DNA of 60,808 nt from assembly GCA_949295005.1 (NCBI GenBank), contig CASFJL010000004.1, forward strand, positions 1 to 60,808. The letters are read 5' to 3'. Source of the DNA: an uncultured Pseudomonadota bacterium. Its GTDB lineage: Bacteria > Pseudomonadota > Alphaproteobacteria > RF32 > CAG-239. Under the pieces are notes generated by a model, which was not told the origin of the DNA, did no database searches, and worked only from the letters and a program-made list of their open reading frames with translations. Position numbers and translations under genes: made by a program. Position 1 is the first letter of the stretch, and every line of letters starts with the position of its first letter. Below are positions 10,578 to 19,644 of this stretch, piece by piece.

Positions 10578-12101
10578 TCAAATACGTTTTAACGGCCTTA
10601 TCTTTCTATAAGATAAAGCCTCTGCAATATGCAGTTTAAGTATATTTTCACAATTTTGCAAGTCTGCAATTGTTCTTGCTAACCGCAAAGTACGGTGATA
10701 AGCCCTTGCAGAGAGATGATTTTTTTCAGCAAAGCTGATAAGTAGCTGTTTTGCGTCATTTTCAAGGACACAAACTTCTTCCAAAAGCTCTCCTTTGAGC
10801 TGAGAATTGGTTTTTATTTGGGGATAATTCAGCTTTTTAAAGCGATTTTCCTGAATTTTTCTGGCTTGCAAAACACGTTGCAGAATTTCTTTTGAGCTTT
10901 CTGTTTCTTTAACATTAGCCAAATCCCACGGACTAACGGCCGGAACCTCAATAGTAATATCAATTCTGTCAAGCAAAGGACCTGAAATTTTGTTTTGATA
11001 TTCTTCTGCACAAAGAGGTGCTCTTGAACATTCTAACTCCGGATTACCAAAATGTCCGCATCGGCACGGGTTCATGGCCGCAATGAGTTGGAATTTTGCC
11101 GGATAAACCGTATGAGCGTTAACTCTTGATATACTGACACAGCCGTTTTCAAGAGGTTGGCGTAAAGCCTCCAACGTGCTTTTATTAAATTCGGGCAACT
11201 CATCTAAAAACAAAACACCGTTATGTGCCAAAGAAATTTCTCCGGGAGTTGCTTTGCGCCCACCGCCAACCAATGCCGGTGTTGAAGCGGAATGGTGTGG
11301 GTCCCTGTATGGTCTTTGAAAAGAGATTTTGCCGTCTTTTAATTCTCCGGCAATAGAATGAATCATACTGGTTTCTAAAGCTTCTTCAGGAGAAAGCGGC
11401 GGCAAAATACTGATTAATCTTTGCGCAAGCATAGATTTTCCTGCCCCCGGAGGACCAATCATCAACATATTATGCGCTCCGGCGGCAGCAACTTCCAAGG
11501 CTTTTTTTGCACTTTCTTGCCCTTTTACGTCTTTTAAATCCAATTCAAACAATTTTTCTTCCGCTCTTTTTGCTTCCGGTTGCGGAATAATTTGAGTTCC
11601 CTTAAAGTGATTAATCAGCTGCAATAAATTATCAGCGGCAACAACATCTTTTAATCCGGCCCATGCAGCTTCACTTCCCTGAGCAAGCGGACAAATCAAT
11701 CCCTTATTTTGTTCATTGGCTTTAATGGCAACAGGCAACACACCGTTCACGGAAATAATTCCGCCATCTAGCCCCAACTCGCCCAAAACAATATATTTAT
11801 CTGTTTCTTCCATGGGAATAACACCCATGTTGGTCAAAATACCCAAAGCCATGGGCAAATCAAAATGAGACCCTTCTTTTAATAAATCTGCCGGAGCCAA
11901 ATTAACGGTTATTCTTTTAGCCGGCAAACTTAAACCCAAAGAGTTTAAGGCGGCTCTAACACGCTCTTTGCTTTCTGCCACGGCTTTATCGGGCAAGCCA
12001 ACAATTGTAAAAGCTGGCAAACCGGAGGTTATCTGAACTTGCAAATCAACATTTAAGACTTCTAACCCGTTAAAAGCAACGGTATTAATTCTGGAAAGCA
12101 T
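10578..12101 (-). CDS. comM: YifB/ComM family Mg-chelatase-like AAA+ ATPase
   Basis: VGLPDKAVAESKERV, NLAPADLLKEGSHFDL, GPPGAGKS, PGEISLAHNGVLFLDE, AMNPCRCG. Confidence 0.92.
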   Translation of the reverse strand: MLSRINTVAFNGLEVLNVDLQVQITSGLPAFTIVGLPDKAVAESKERVRAALNSLGLSLPAKRITVNLAPADLLKEGSHFDLPMALGILTNMGVIPMEETDKYIVLGELGLDGGIISVNGVLPVAIKANEQNKGLICPLAQGSEAAWAGLKDVVAADNLLQLINHFKGTQIIPQPEAKRAEEKLFELDLKDVKGQESAKKALEVAAAGAHNMLMIGPPGAGKSMLAQRLISILPPLSPEEALETSMIHSIAGELKDGKISFQRPYRDPHHSASTPALVGGGRKATPGEISLAHNGVLFLDELPEFNKSTLEALRQPLENGCVSISRVNAHTVYPAKFQLIAAMNPCRCGHFGNPELECSRAPLCAEEYQNKISGPLLDRIDITIEVPAVSPWDLANVKETESSKEILQRVLQARKIQENRFKKLNYPQIKTNSQLKGELLEEVCVLENDAKQLLISFAEKNHLSARAYHRTLRLARTIADLQNCENILKLHIAEALSYRKIRPLKRI

Positions 12102-12103
12102 TT

Positions 12104-12430
12104 TTACCACCTTGGCGTAATTTCACTTCCGCGCCAACGTCTGGTTGGATAAGTGTCTGTTTTCAAAAAATCATAATTTGCCGGTTTGCATGGAATATCA
12201 CGCAAACGAACATAACCTTTTTTTTCAAAAATTTGAGCACATTCTTCAGCAGAAACATCATCTGAATTATAACAAGTTGCAATAACTCTGCTGCTTGGTT
12301 GTTGCAACACAATTTCTTTTTGATCATTTCCATATGTTTTTTTTGAAGACAAGGTAGGCAAAATAGAATTTTGTTGCCAAGCACAAGAACATAAAATCAA
12401 ACAAAAAAGCAAAGAGAGTTTTTTCATCAT
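12104..12430 (-). CDS. Small hypothetical lipoprotein
   Basis: Signal with LILCSC lipobox; ends 2 nt before the comM start. Confidence 0.7.
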   Translation of the reverse strand: MMKKLSLLFCLILCSCAWQQNSILPTLSSKKTYGNDQKEIVLQQPSSRVIATCYNSDDVSAEECAQIFEKKGYVRLRDIPCKPANYDFLKTDTYPTRRWRGSEITPRW

Positions 12431-12531
12431 ATTTTCAGCTATTATGGTTAAATATATTCAATTATAGAGTGAAGTTCTTAAGAATATATAAAAATAATCT
12501 CATATTATTTCTTTTTTCAAGAGAAAAATGC

Positions 12532-12661
12532 TTGCAAAAATAAAGTTTTGGTATATATTCCCTATCGTCCCTTGCTGGTGGCAGAGTCCATCGGCTATAC
12601 ATTAACCGGTCAAATATTTATATTTTGACCATTTGTTGAGAATCCATAAGGAGATTAAATA
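12532..12661 (+). promoter_or_regulatory. rpsF promoter and structured leader (candidate S6:S18-binding element)
   Basis: TTGCAA -35 and TATATT -10; CCTTG (12570) can pair with the SD region TAAGG (12647); internal hairpin GGTCAAA/TTTGACC. Confidence 0.45.
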
Positions 12662-12988
12662 ATGTCATTTTATGAGAGCGTGCTGATTGCACGTCAAGAC
12701 CTCGGTCAATCTCAAGTAAACACCATTGTTTCTGATTTGAGCAATGTTATTGCCAACAACGGTGGTGAAGTTGTTAGAGTTGACAACTGGGGTTTAAAAA
12801 ATCTTGCTTACCGTGTTAAGAAAAACCGCAAGGGTTACTATGTTGTTTTGAATATTGCTGCTCCGGCTGCCGCTGTTGCAGAATATGAAAGACAAATGAG
12901 ATTTAACGAAGATATCATTCGTTATATGACAATCAAAGTTGATGAATTGAGCGAAAACGCCAACAATTCTGAAGCTGGTGAAGAATAG
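12662..12988 (+). CDS. rpsF: 30S ribosomal protein S6
   Basis: [28 protein letters not shown]; first gene of the rpsF-rpsR-rplI operon. Confidence 0.98.
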   Translation: MSFYESVLIARQDLGQSQVNTIVSDLSNVIANNGGEVVRVDNWGLKNLAYRVKKNRKGYYVVLNIAAPAAAVAEYERQMRFNEDIIRYMTIKVDELSENANNSEAGEE

Positions 12989-12999
12989 GAGTTATAGAC

Positions 13000-13227
13000 A
13001 TGGCTAAACAAGTATTCTTTAAAAGAAAAAAAGCATGCCCGTTTTCAGGTGAAGATGCTTTGCAAATTGACTACAAAGATGTAAAATTGCTTTCTCGTTA
13101 CATTTCAGAAAAAGGCAAAATCATCCCAAGTCGTATCACAGCTGTTTCTGCTAAAAAGCAAAGAGAATTAGCAAGAGCCATCAAACGTGCTCGTTACATT
13201 GCTTTGCTTCCGTTTGTTGCTGATTAA
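13000..13227 (+). CDS. rpsR: 30S ribosomal protein S18
   Basis: [29 protein letters not shown]. Confidence 0.98.
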   Translation: MAKQVFFKRKKACPFSGEDALQIDYKDVKLLSRYISEKGKIIPSRITAVSAKKQRELARAIKRARYIALLPFVAD

Positions 13228-13241
13228 TAAGGAGAGGTACT

Positions 13242-13733
13242 ATGGAAGTAATTCTTTTGGAACATGTTGAAAAATTGGGTAAAATGGGTGATAAAGTAAC
13301 TGTTAAAAACGGTTATGCTCGTAACTACCTCTTGCCGCAACGCAAAGCTTTGCGCGCAACTGAAGCAAATGTTGCTTACTATGAAAAACAAAAAGCAGAA
13401 TTAGAAGCACACAACCAAGCTTTGTTTGATGAAGCTTCTAAATTGGCTGAATCTTTGAAAGGTTTCAGCGCTGTTTTGATTCGTCAAGCTGCCGAAACCG
13501 GTCAATTGTACGGTTCTGTTACCATTCGTGACATTGCCGCTGCAATCAAAGAAAAAGGTTTTGCTGTTGAACGCAAACAAGTTTATTTGGAAAATGCTAT
13601 TAAAGATTTGGGTGTATATGAAGTTAAACTCAACTTGCACCCGGAAGTTAGCCAAACCATTTTGGTTAACGTAGCACGTACCGATGACGATGCTGCTAAA
13701 CAAGCTAAAGCTTTTAGCGCTTCTGCCGAATAA
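13242..13733 (+). CDS. rplI: 50S ribosomal protein L9
   Basis: MEVILLE.V.KLG, VKNGYARNYLLP, LYGSV, LHPEV. Confidence 0.98.
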   Translation: MEVILLEHVEKLGKMGDKVTVKNGYARNYLLPQRKALRATEANVAYYEKQKAELEAHNQALFDEASKLAESLKGFSAVLIRQAAETGQLYGSVTIRDIAAAIKEKGFAVERKQVYLENAIKDLGVYEVKLNLHPEVSQTILVNVARTDDDAAKQAKAFSASAE

Positions 13734-13753
13734 GGTTTGAAGAAATTCGTTTG

Positions 13754-13791
13754 AAAAAAGGCACTCTTGATTGTTAAGAGTGCCTTTTTTT
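13754..13791 (+). terminator. Intrinsic terminator
   Basis: GGCACTCTT / AAGAGTGCC stem plus T7. Confidence 0.9.
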
Positions 13792-13806
13792 ATTTGAGAG
13801 GAAAAT

Positions 13807-14448
13807 ATGCAAAAAATAAATCTGGTTGAAATTAAATCTGATGATGATTTTGAAATAGACATGATGTATGCCAAAACACAAAACATGATGCAAACAGATA
13901 TTTATTCTAAAATCGGCATGGGTAACAGATGTTTTGTTCAGCCGGATTTATGGTCTTGTCTGCAAAAACTAAGACCCCTTTTGCAAGAAAAACAACTCAA
14001 GCTCAAAATTTGTGATGCCTATCGTCCACCGCTAGCTTTTGAGATGATGAAAAAAATTATTCCGACAGAAGGTTTTTTCGCTGCCACAGCCGAGCGTTCG
14101 CAACATTGCCATGCTTCTGCTATAGATGTCACATTGTTGGATAAAAACGGGGTCGAACTTGATTTTCCTTGTGCCGTGGATGCTTATGAAGAAAAATATG
14201 CCAAACAAGTGATGCTAGGCAAGGTTAATGAATTTTATAAGCATTTGGAAAAAGCCAAATATTCGTGGAATGCACCGGAAGATGCAAAAAAAATCAAAAA
14301 TCGCGATATGTTGTGTCAAATGATGGAAAATGTGGGCCTGATTGCACTTGAGCATGAATGGTGGCACTTTAATTTGCCCAACAAAGAAAAATACCCGCTG
14401 ATAAATGCCGTTTTTGATACAAAAGACAATTTTTTCTTTTTTATTTAA
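13807..14448 (+). CDS. ddpX: D-alanyl-D-alanine dipeptidase (peptidase M15D, VanX/DdpX family)
   Basis: DAYRP, SQH.....D, EWWHF motifs. Confidence 0.85.
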   Translation: MQKINLVEIKSDDDFEIDMMYAKTQNMMQTDIYSKIGMGNRCFVQPDLWSCLQKLRPLLQEKQLKLKICDAYRPPLAFEMMKKIIPTEGFFAATAERSQHCHASAIDVTLLDKNGVELDFPCAVDAYEEKYAKQVMLGKVNEFYKHLEKAKYSWNAPEDAKKIKNRDMLCQMMENVGLIALEHEWWHFNLPNKEKYPLINAVFDTKDNFFFFI

Positions 14449-14488
14449 CCTAATTTATATGAATAAGCCTTTATTGATTGACAAAAAT

Positions 14489-14517
14489 TTGACAATAATA
14501 TTTTTTTGTGCTATATC
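14489..14517 (+). promoter_or_regulatory. Sigma70-type promoter
   Basis: TTGACA-17 nt-TATATC with TG extension; a second TTGACA lies 11 nt upstream. Confidence 0.6.
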
Positions 14518-14561
14518 GATTCGTAATAAAAAATTATTGTTAAATTAAAAAAAAAAGAACT

Positions 14562-15083
14562 ATGGGAATTAAAGAAAAAAACGAAGGACTGTATGAACTA
14601 ATTGTTGAAAAGTTTTCTGAGGTTTCAGGCCTTCATTCCGGCATTGCTGCGGACACCGTTGTATATTCGGCAAATGCGCCGATATTATGGCAAAAAATTT
14701 GCCAAGAAATAAAATTAAAAGCTGAATTTAAATTTGGCTTGGTAACAGTAGAAGATTATGTTTCAGAGTTTGCATCTTTAATAAAAAAATCAAACCAAAA
14801 AAGGCAAATTTTTCTTGAAAATCTGAGCCTTTTTGTAGCCGAACAAACCGGCAAAACATATGAACCGGACGAACCTATTTTCAAAGAGATGCTGCCCTCA
14901 TCCACGGATGAAACACAGCGCGTCCGCGAAGAAATGAAATATGCCTTGGAATTGCAAAAACTAAAATATAAAATCAGAAGGTTTTATAAATTTTATACTG
15001 ATTCTGACAGTTTTGCAAATGCCAAGACAATATATGCCTTAACAGATAGGCTTTTTGGAAAAAAAGTTTCCATACATTGTTGA
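14562..15083 (+). CDS. Hypothetical protein, possibly two degenerate ACP-like domains
   Basis: 173-aa ORF with its own promoter and terminator; TVEDYV and KTIYALTD helix-IV-like motifs. Confidence 0.65.
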   Translation: MGIKEKNEGLYELIVEKFSEVSGLHSGIAADTVVYSANAPILWQKICQEIKLKAEFKFGLVTVEDYVSEFASLIKKSNQKRQIFLENLSLFVAEQTGKTYEPDEPIFKEMLPSSTDETQRVREEMKYALELQKLKYKIRRFYKFYTDSDSFANAKTIYALTDRLFGKKVSIHC

Positions 15084-15099
15084 TTAGTTATTATTTCAA

Positions 15100-15135
15100 G
15101 CAGGTTTCGTCGTGATGACGAGACCTGTTTTTTTT
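15100..15135 (+). terminator. Intrinsic terminator
   Basis: GCAGGTTTCGTC / GACGAGACCTGT plus T-tract. Confidence 0.85.
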
Positions 15136-15193
15136 GCTTGATTTTGTATAGTCTTGGATGTATTTCAATCTTATATTTTTAAGGAGAACATAA

Positions 15194-15670
15194 ATGAGAT
15201 TGGCACTTTTTCAACCGGATATTCCGCAAAATACGGGAACACTGCTTCGCCTAGGAGCTTGTTTGGATGTAGAACTGGATATTATTGAACCTTGCGGTTT
15301 TGTTTTTTCAGAACACACACTCAAACGCTCCGGTATGGATTATTTACATTTGGTAAAATATCGCCGCCATAACTCTTGGTATGATTTTTTGAAATATCGA
15401 AAAGAACATCCTGAAGAATATGGTCGTATTGTTTTGCTGACAACACATGCAACCGAGCCTTATTATAACTTTGAGTTTAAGCCTAATGACATAATCCTTA
15501 TGGGGAGAGAAAGTGCCGGTGTGCCGCAAGAAGTACATGAAACAGTTGATGCCAGACTCTTAATACCTATGAATGAAAATGCACGCTCAATTAATGTAGC
15601 TGTATCTGCTGTAATGGTTGTTGGAGAATGTTTGCGCCAAACAAATGGTTTTCCAAAAATTGGCAAATAA
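15194..15670 (+). CDS. trmL: tRNA (cytidine(34)-2'-O)-methyltransferase
   Basis: PDIPQNTG, IEPCGF, KRSGMDY, GRESAG, RSINVAVS SPOUT motifs. Confidence 0.93.
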   Translation: MRLALFQPDIPQNTGTLLRLGACLDVELDIIEPCGFVFSEHTLKRSGMDYLHLVKYRRHNSWYDFLKYRKEHPEEYGRIVLLTTHATEPYYNFEFKPNDIILMGRESAGVPQEVHETVDARLLIPMNENARSINVAVSAVMVVGECLRQTNGFPKIGK

Positions 15671-15804
15671 AAAGCAAGGATAAAAGTCTTATAAAAAGAT
15701 ATAAATTTCTACAAGCAAAAATCAGTTTATTTTTCTGCTGTAAACTTTACAACGAGATAAGAATTAAACTGACCGACCCCTGTAAATATTACGCGATTAG
15801 GATA

Positions 15805-15837
15805 ATAAAAAGCCTCAGGTTTTCTGAGGCTTTTTAT
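15805..15837. terminator. Bidirectional terminator
   Basis: ATAAAAAGCCTCAG / CTGAGGCTTTTTAT. Confidence 0.9.
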
Positions 15838-15839
15838 GA

Positions 15840-17084
15840 TTATTTTTGTTGACTTAAATGATTTGCGGAATTTTTCAAAAAGGCCTCATATTGAGGAGTC
15901 TTAATTTTTTGTCCCTTGTCATTCAGTTTATAAACAAAGTTTCCGTCCTTGTCTTTTTTGTAAACCGGTTTGCCTTTATCATCCGTTTTGGCTTGACCTT
16001 TTTCATCAACATCAACTTCTCTTTCATATTTAAATTCATCAGTCATTGTATTATATCGACGTTGATCAAGTTCATGGGCAGCTTTTTTATCCCCGTCCTT
16101 AGCTTGACCACGAAGCTTTCTTAATTTAATTTCTTCCGCTGACATACCTTCAAATTCAATAGCTTCTCTTTCTTCTTTAGACAAAGTCTTACCTTCTTGC
16201 GTTGCCGCATTTAATTTTTCATTTCTTTGTTGAATTTGGGTTCTTAAAGCAGCAATTCTCTCTGCTGCAGAAAGTTTTTGTTGAGTTTGTTCTTCTTGCT
16301 TATTTTCATTATTAATTTCTTGAGTATTAGCGGCTTGACCGGTTTGAGCTTTTGCATCCTCAACCATTTTTTTCAATTCATCCGGCCATTTAGACATTTC
16401 TTCAGCATCTGGCATATTCACCATTGCGGCACCGCTTTTAATGCATGCTGCCAACAGCTTAGCTTTAAATTCAGCAGATTTAATTTCTCCAAATTCAATT
16501 GCCGTACCATCTTTCATTGCCAATTCAACAGCTTTTTGAAAATATTTTTCATCAGGTGTTTTACCTTTTTGGCTGGTCAAAGTAAGATTATTTGGACCAT
16601 TATAAGAAATTTCTGCATCAAAATTGCGGTCATTTTTATCTTTTTCAGACTTATAAAAACGAAAACTTAACTTTTCCGGCTCATTTGGCAAACTTGCGTC
16701 TTCATAAACCAAATTTTGGTCAGAGCCCCAAAAACGCCACTCTTTTTCCAGCGCATTTTTCCAAGAGTTATCAACTTCTTGGTTATTGGCAAGAGCATTT
16801 GTGTTTTCCTTATTTTCAGAAGGAGCAACTTCATTAATAACTGTTTTATTTTGCTTTTCTTCTTGTTCTTGTTTTTGCTTTTCTTCTTTCTTTTTGTCTT
16901 CAGCTTGCTTATTTTTCACATCAGATGCCTTAACGCAAAAATCTTCAATTTTGCTGATTTTGCTTTTGCTTTCATAAATTTTTTTCAACTCATCCATTTT
17001 GCTTGTGTCTATAATCAAGCCTGATCCTTCTGGGATTCTTTTTTTGAAGGCATCTAAAAAATCTTCAAAACTATTAATAGCCAT
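15840..17084 (-). CDS. Hypothetical charged coiled-coil protein with a central LPD7-like segment
   Basis: Long ORF; AGGAG RBS near the GTG/ATG starts (17093/17084); Q/E/K-rich linkers; no TM segment or signal peptide. Confidence 0.8.
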   Translation of the reverse strand: MAINSFEDFLDAFKKRIPEGSGLIIDTSKMDELKKIYESKSKISKIEDFCVKASDVKNKQAEDKKKEEKQKQEQEEKQNKTVINEVAPSENKENTNALANNQEVDNSWKNALEKEWRFWGSDQNLVYEDASLPNEPEKLSFRFYKSEKDKNDRNFDAEISYNGPNNLTLTSQKGKTPDEKYFQKAVELAMKDGTAIEFGEIKSAEFKAKLLAACIKSGAAMVNMPDAEEMSKWPDELKKMVEDAKAQTGQAANTQEINNENKQEEQTQQKLSAAERIAALRTQIQQRNEKLNAATQEGKTLSKEEREAIEFEGMSAEEIKLRKLRGQAKDGDKKAAHELDQRRYNTMTDEFKYEREVDVDEKGQAKTDDKGKPVYKKDKDGNFVYKLNDKGQKIKTPQYEAFLKNSANHLSQQK

Positions 17085-17118
17085 GGAACTCACTCCTAAA
17101 ATCTCACTCTTTAGATTA

Positions 17119-17147
17119 TTTATATCACATTTTTATCTTTTTGTCTA
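17119..17147 (-). promoter_or_regulatory. Sigma70-type promoter
   Basis: TAGACA-17 nt-TATAAA with TG extension. Confidence 0.55.
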
Positions 17148-17154
17148 TTTTTTT

Positions 17155-17868
17155 CTACAAAAAATGTTTTAATTTTTGCAAATTTTCAGCCATAAGATAA
17201 GGATTACAACATTTTTCTTCACCAAGTGTCACGGGAGCAACCGGCAGACCAAGAGCAAGTTTTTGTTGAGCCTTTTGAATATATTTGTGCAAATCTTTAG
17301 AATCCGGCATTAACCTTAAAGCATTATAAGCACCATGCATAGTATATTCGTGCCCAGGATAAAAACTTGTGTCATCCGGCAGAGACTTAATCTTTGCCAA
17401 AGCCTCAAACATTTCTTCCACACTTCCTTCAAACAAACCGCCAACACACAAATTAAAAAGCGTATCTCCCGTAAACAAAGCCTTATCTTGCGGAAAATAC
17501 CAAAGAATATGCCCCTGTGTATGAGCAGAAACATCCATAATTTTTGCCTGAGATTTTCCAAGCCAAAAATCATCACCGTCTTGCACGGCTATATCAAATC
17601 CACTAATTCTATGTGAATCTGCTTTATTAGCCACCACTTTGGCTTGAAACAAATTTTTAATATCCAAATTACTGTCTGTATGGTCAAAATGATGATGAGT
17701 ATTAAAAATATATTTTGGTTTAATATGGTGTTTTTCACATTCAGCAACAATAGGAGCTGTTTCTGAAGGGTCCACAATGGCAGCATCTAAAGATTCTTTA
17801 TCAACAAGCAAATAAGAATAATTGTCCATTGTGCCGGCACGACACAATATCGGATATATATCTAACAT
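17155..17868 (-). CDS. gloB: Hydroxyacylglutathione hydrolase (glyoxalase II, MBL fold); start reassigned to MLDIYP
   Basis: DNYSYL, THHHFDH, HTQGH, FTGDTLF..CVGGLFEG, GHEYT, EK..NPYL. Confidence 0.88.
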   Translation of the reverse strand: MLDIYPILCRAGTMDNYSYLLVDKESLDAAIVDPSETAPIVAECEKHHIKPKYIFNTHHHFDHTDSNLDIKNLFQAKVVANKADSHRISGFDIAVQDGDDFWLGKSQAKIMDVSAHTQGHILWYFPQDKALFTGDTLFNLCVGGLFEGSVEEMFEALAKIKSLPDDTSFYPGHEYTMHGAYNALRLMPDSKDLHKYIQKAQQKLALGLPVAPVTLGEEKCCNPYLMAENLQKLKHFL

Positions 17869-17869
17869 A

Positions 17870-19555
17870 TTATAAATAATCCTCCGGATTAATTTCATCA
17901 ATTTGTTCTTTAGAAACATATTGATCGGCATATTCTTTATAAACGCCGGCTTTAATGAAAACTTCATACAAATCCGGATCAATATGTCCGCTGTTTTTCA
18001 TATACTGCATAATACTCAAGACCTGAGAAAGTTTTTTAGGTTCTTTATAAGGTCTGTCATTAGCCGTCAAAGCTTCAAAAACATCAGAGATAGCCATAAT
18101 TTTTGCCGGAATAGACATCTGGTCTCCTCTCAAACCATTAGGATATCCTTTTCCATCAATACGCTCATGATGTGCACCGGCATATTCAACCACATTAGAA
18201 AGTTCTTTAGGGAAAGGCAAAGCCTTAAGCATATCTATTGTTACCACAATATGCTCGTTTATTTTTTCTCTTTCTTCTTTGTTGATTGTACCGTTTCTAA
18301 CTTTTAAATTATAAAGCTCTCCGCGATTATATTGCCCAAATATATGATCTTTTCTATTTTGCAACAAGTTTTCATATTCAGGATGAGAGGCTTTTTCCAA
18401 ATCTTCAATATTATCTCTTTCTGCCCAAGAAATACCCTTTGTTCTGCTAAAATATCTCACAAACTGTTTTTTTGAAATTTCTTCCAAAGAAGCAATTTCA
18501 GCATCAGTTAAGGGAGCATCACCGATATTGCATTTTGCAACCAGATCAAACTCTTTTTCCAGCTCATCAACTTTGCTGACAAATTCAGCCTGTAATTCTT
18601 CTTGAGGAGCAACATTAGCCAAACGCTTTTTCAGATATTCAATATGAGCATCTCTTCTTAAAATTTCAAAACGATTTCTAATTTCATGAATACGATTATT
18701 AATCGTTTCTAACTTTGTTGCTTTATCAACCACATATTCCGGTGTTGTCACCTTTCCGCAATCATGGAGCCAAGAAGCAATATTCAAAGCATACCACTCA
18801 TCATTGCTCATTTCAAAATTTTTCAAAGGTCCGCTTGTTTGTTGAACAGCAGCGGTAGCCAACATTCTGGTAATAACGGGCACACGTTGGCAGTGCGCTC
18901 CCGTATATGGAGATTTTGCATCAATAGCTCTGGCCAAAACCTCTATAAAAGATTCCATGAGTTGAACATAATCTTCACCAAGTTTTTTATTCTCTAAGAA
19001 CAAAGCGGCAAAATTACAAATAGAAATAATACCGTCTTGCATTTCTTTAGTAAAAGAAATGCTTTTTCCACTCGCGTTTTGAGGATTTGTAAATTGAACA
19101 CCGCCAATAACATATCCCTTATGATTAATCAAAGGAATACTAATCAAAGCTAACGAATTATAATTATTCAAGGCGTCATAATTTGCAAAAAAAGAATTAT
19201 CTGTTTCTTGATTACTATAAATAGAATTCAGGTTTACAATTTCATTATTAAGGATTGAAATTTCAATAGCGCTTTTTTGTTTTTTTGCTTTGCTTTCAGG
19301 CAAATAAATATTAGGCAGATAGATATTATTATCAGAGCCATATTTTTTTTGCTTTAACTTATTATTATAACTATATTCCAGATTTAAGAATTTATCATCT
19401 GTTGCCGTATAAAAAAAACCACATTCGGCACCGCAATATTCACCTGCCAAATCAATTATCTTTTCAATATTTTTAAGATAATCCGTCTCTTCCATCATTG
19501 AGGAAGACATTTTTAAAAACTTATTAAATATCAGGCTATAATCATCATAAACCAC
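17870..19555 (-). CDS. GAF + HD-GYP domain cyclic-dinucleotide phosphodiesterase
   Basis: IDAKSPYTGAHCQRV, LHDCGK, HHERIDGKGYP, DVFEALTA.DRPYK; N-terminal GAF-like region. Confidence 0.9.
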   Translation of the reverse strand: MVYDDYSLIFNKFLKMSSSMMEETDYLKNIEKIIDLAGEYCGAECGFFYTATDDKFLNLEYSYNNKLKQKKYGSDNNIYLPNIYLPESKAKKQKSAIEISILNNEIVNLNSIYSNQETDNSFFANYDALNNYNSLALISIPLINHKGYVIGGVQFTNPQNASGKSISFTKEMQDGIISICNFAALFLENKKLGEDYVQLMESFIEVLARAIDAKSPYTGAHCQRVPVITRMLATAAVQQTSGPLKNFEMSNDEWYALNIASWLHDCGKVTTPEYVVDKATKLETINNRIHEIRNRFEILRRDAHIEYLKKRLANVAPQEELQAEFVSKVDELEKEFDLVAKCNIGDAPLTDAEIASLEEISKKQFVRYFSRTKGISWAERDNIEDLEKASHPEYENLLQNRKDHIFGQYNRGELYNLKVRNGTINKEEREKINEHIVVTIDMLKALPFPKELSNVVEYAGAHHERIDGKGYPNGLRGDQMSIPAKIMAISDVFEALTANDRPYKEPKKLSQVLSIMQYMKNSGHIDPDLYEVFIKAGVYKEYADQYVSKEQIDEINPEDYL

Positions 19556-19644
19556 GTGTTTTCTCGCTATCTTTATTATTTTTTATATTATATAATTACT
19601 CTAATTAACAATAGCAAAGAAAAGTTTTATTTTTTCTAAAGATT

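Noticed and set aside
13807-14448. vanX as a vancomycin resistance locus
   Set aside because: No vanH/vanA/vanRS nearby; a lone DdpX-type dipeptidase in a diderm
15628-15852. 74-aa TTG-start ORF after trmL
   Set aside because: Overlaps trmL, runs through a terminator, and has no RBS
17869-17982. N-terminal extension of gloB
   Set aside because: It lies inside the HD-GYP gene; ATG 17868 directly follows that gene's stop
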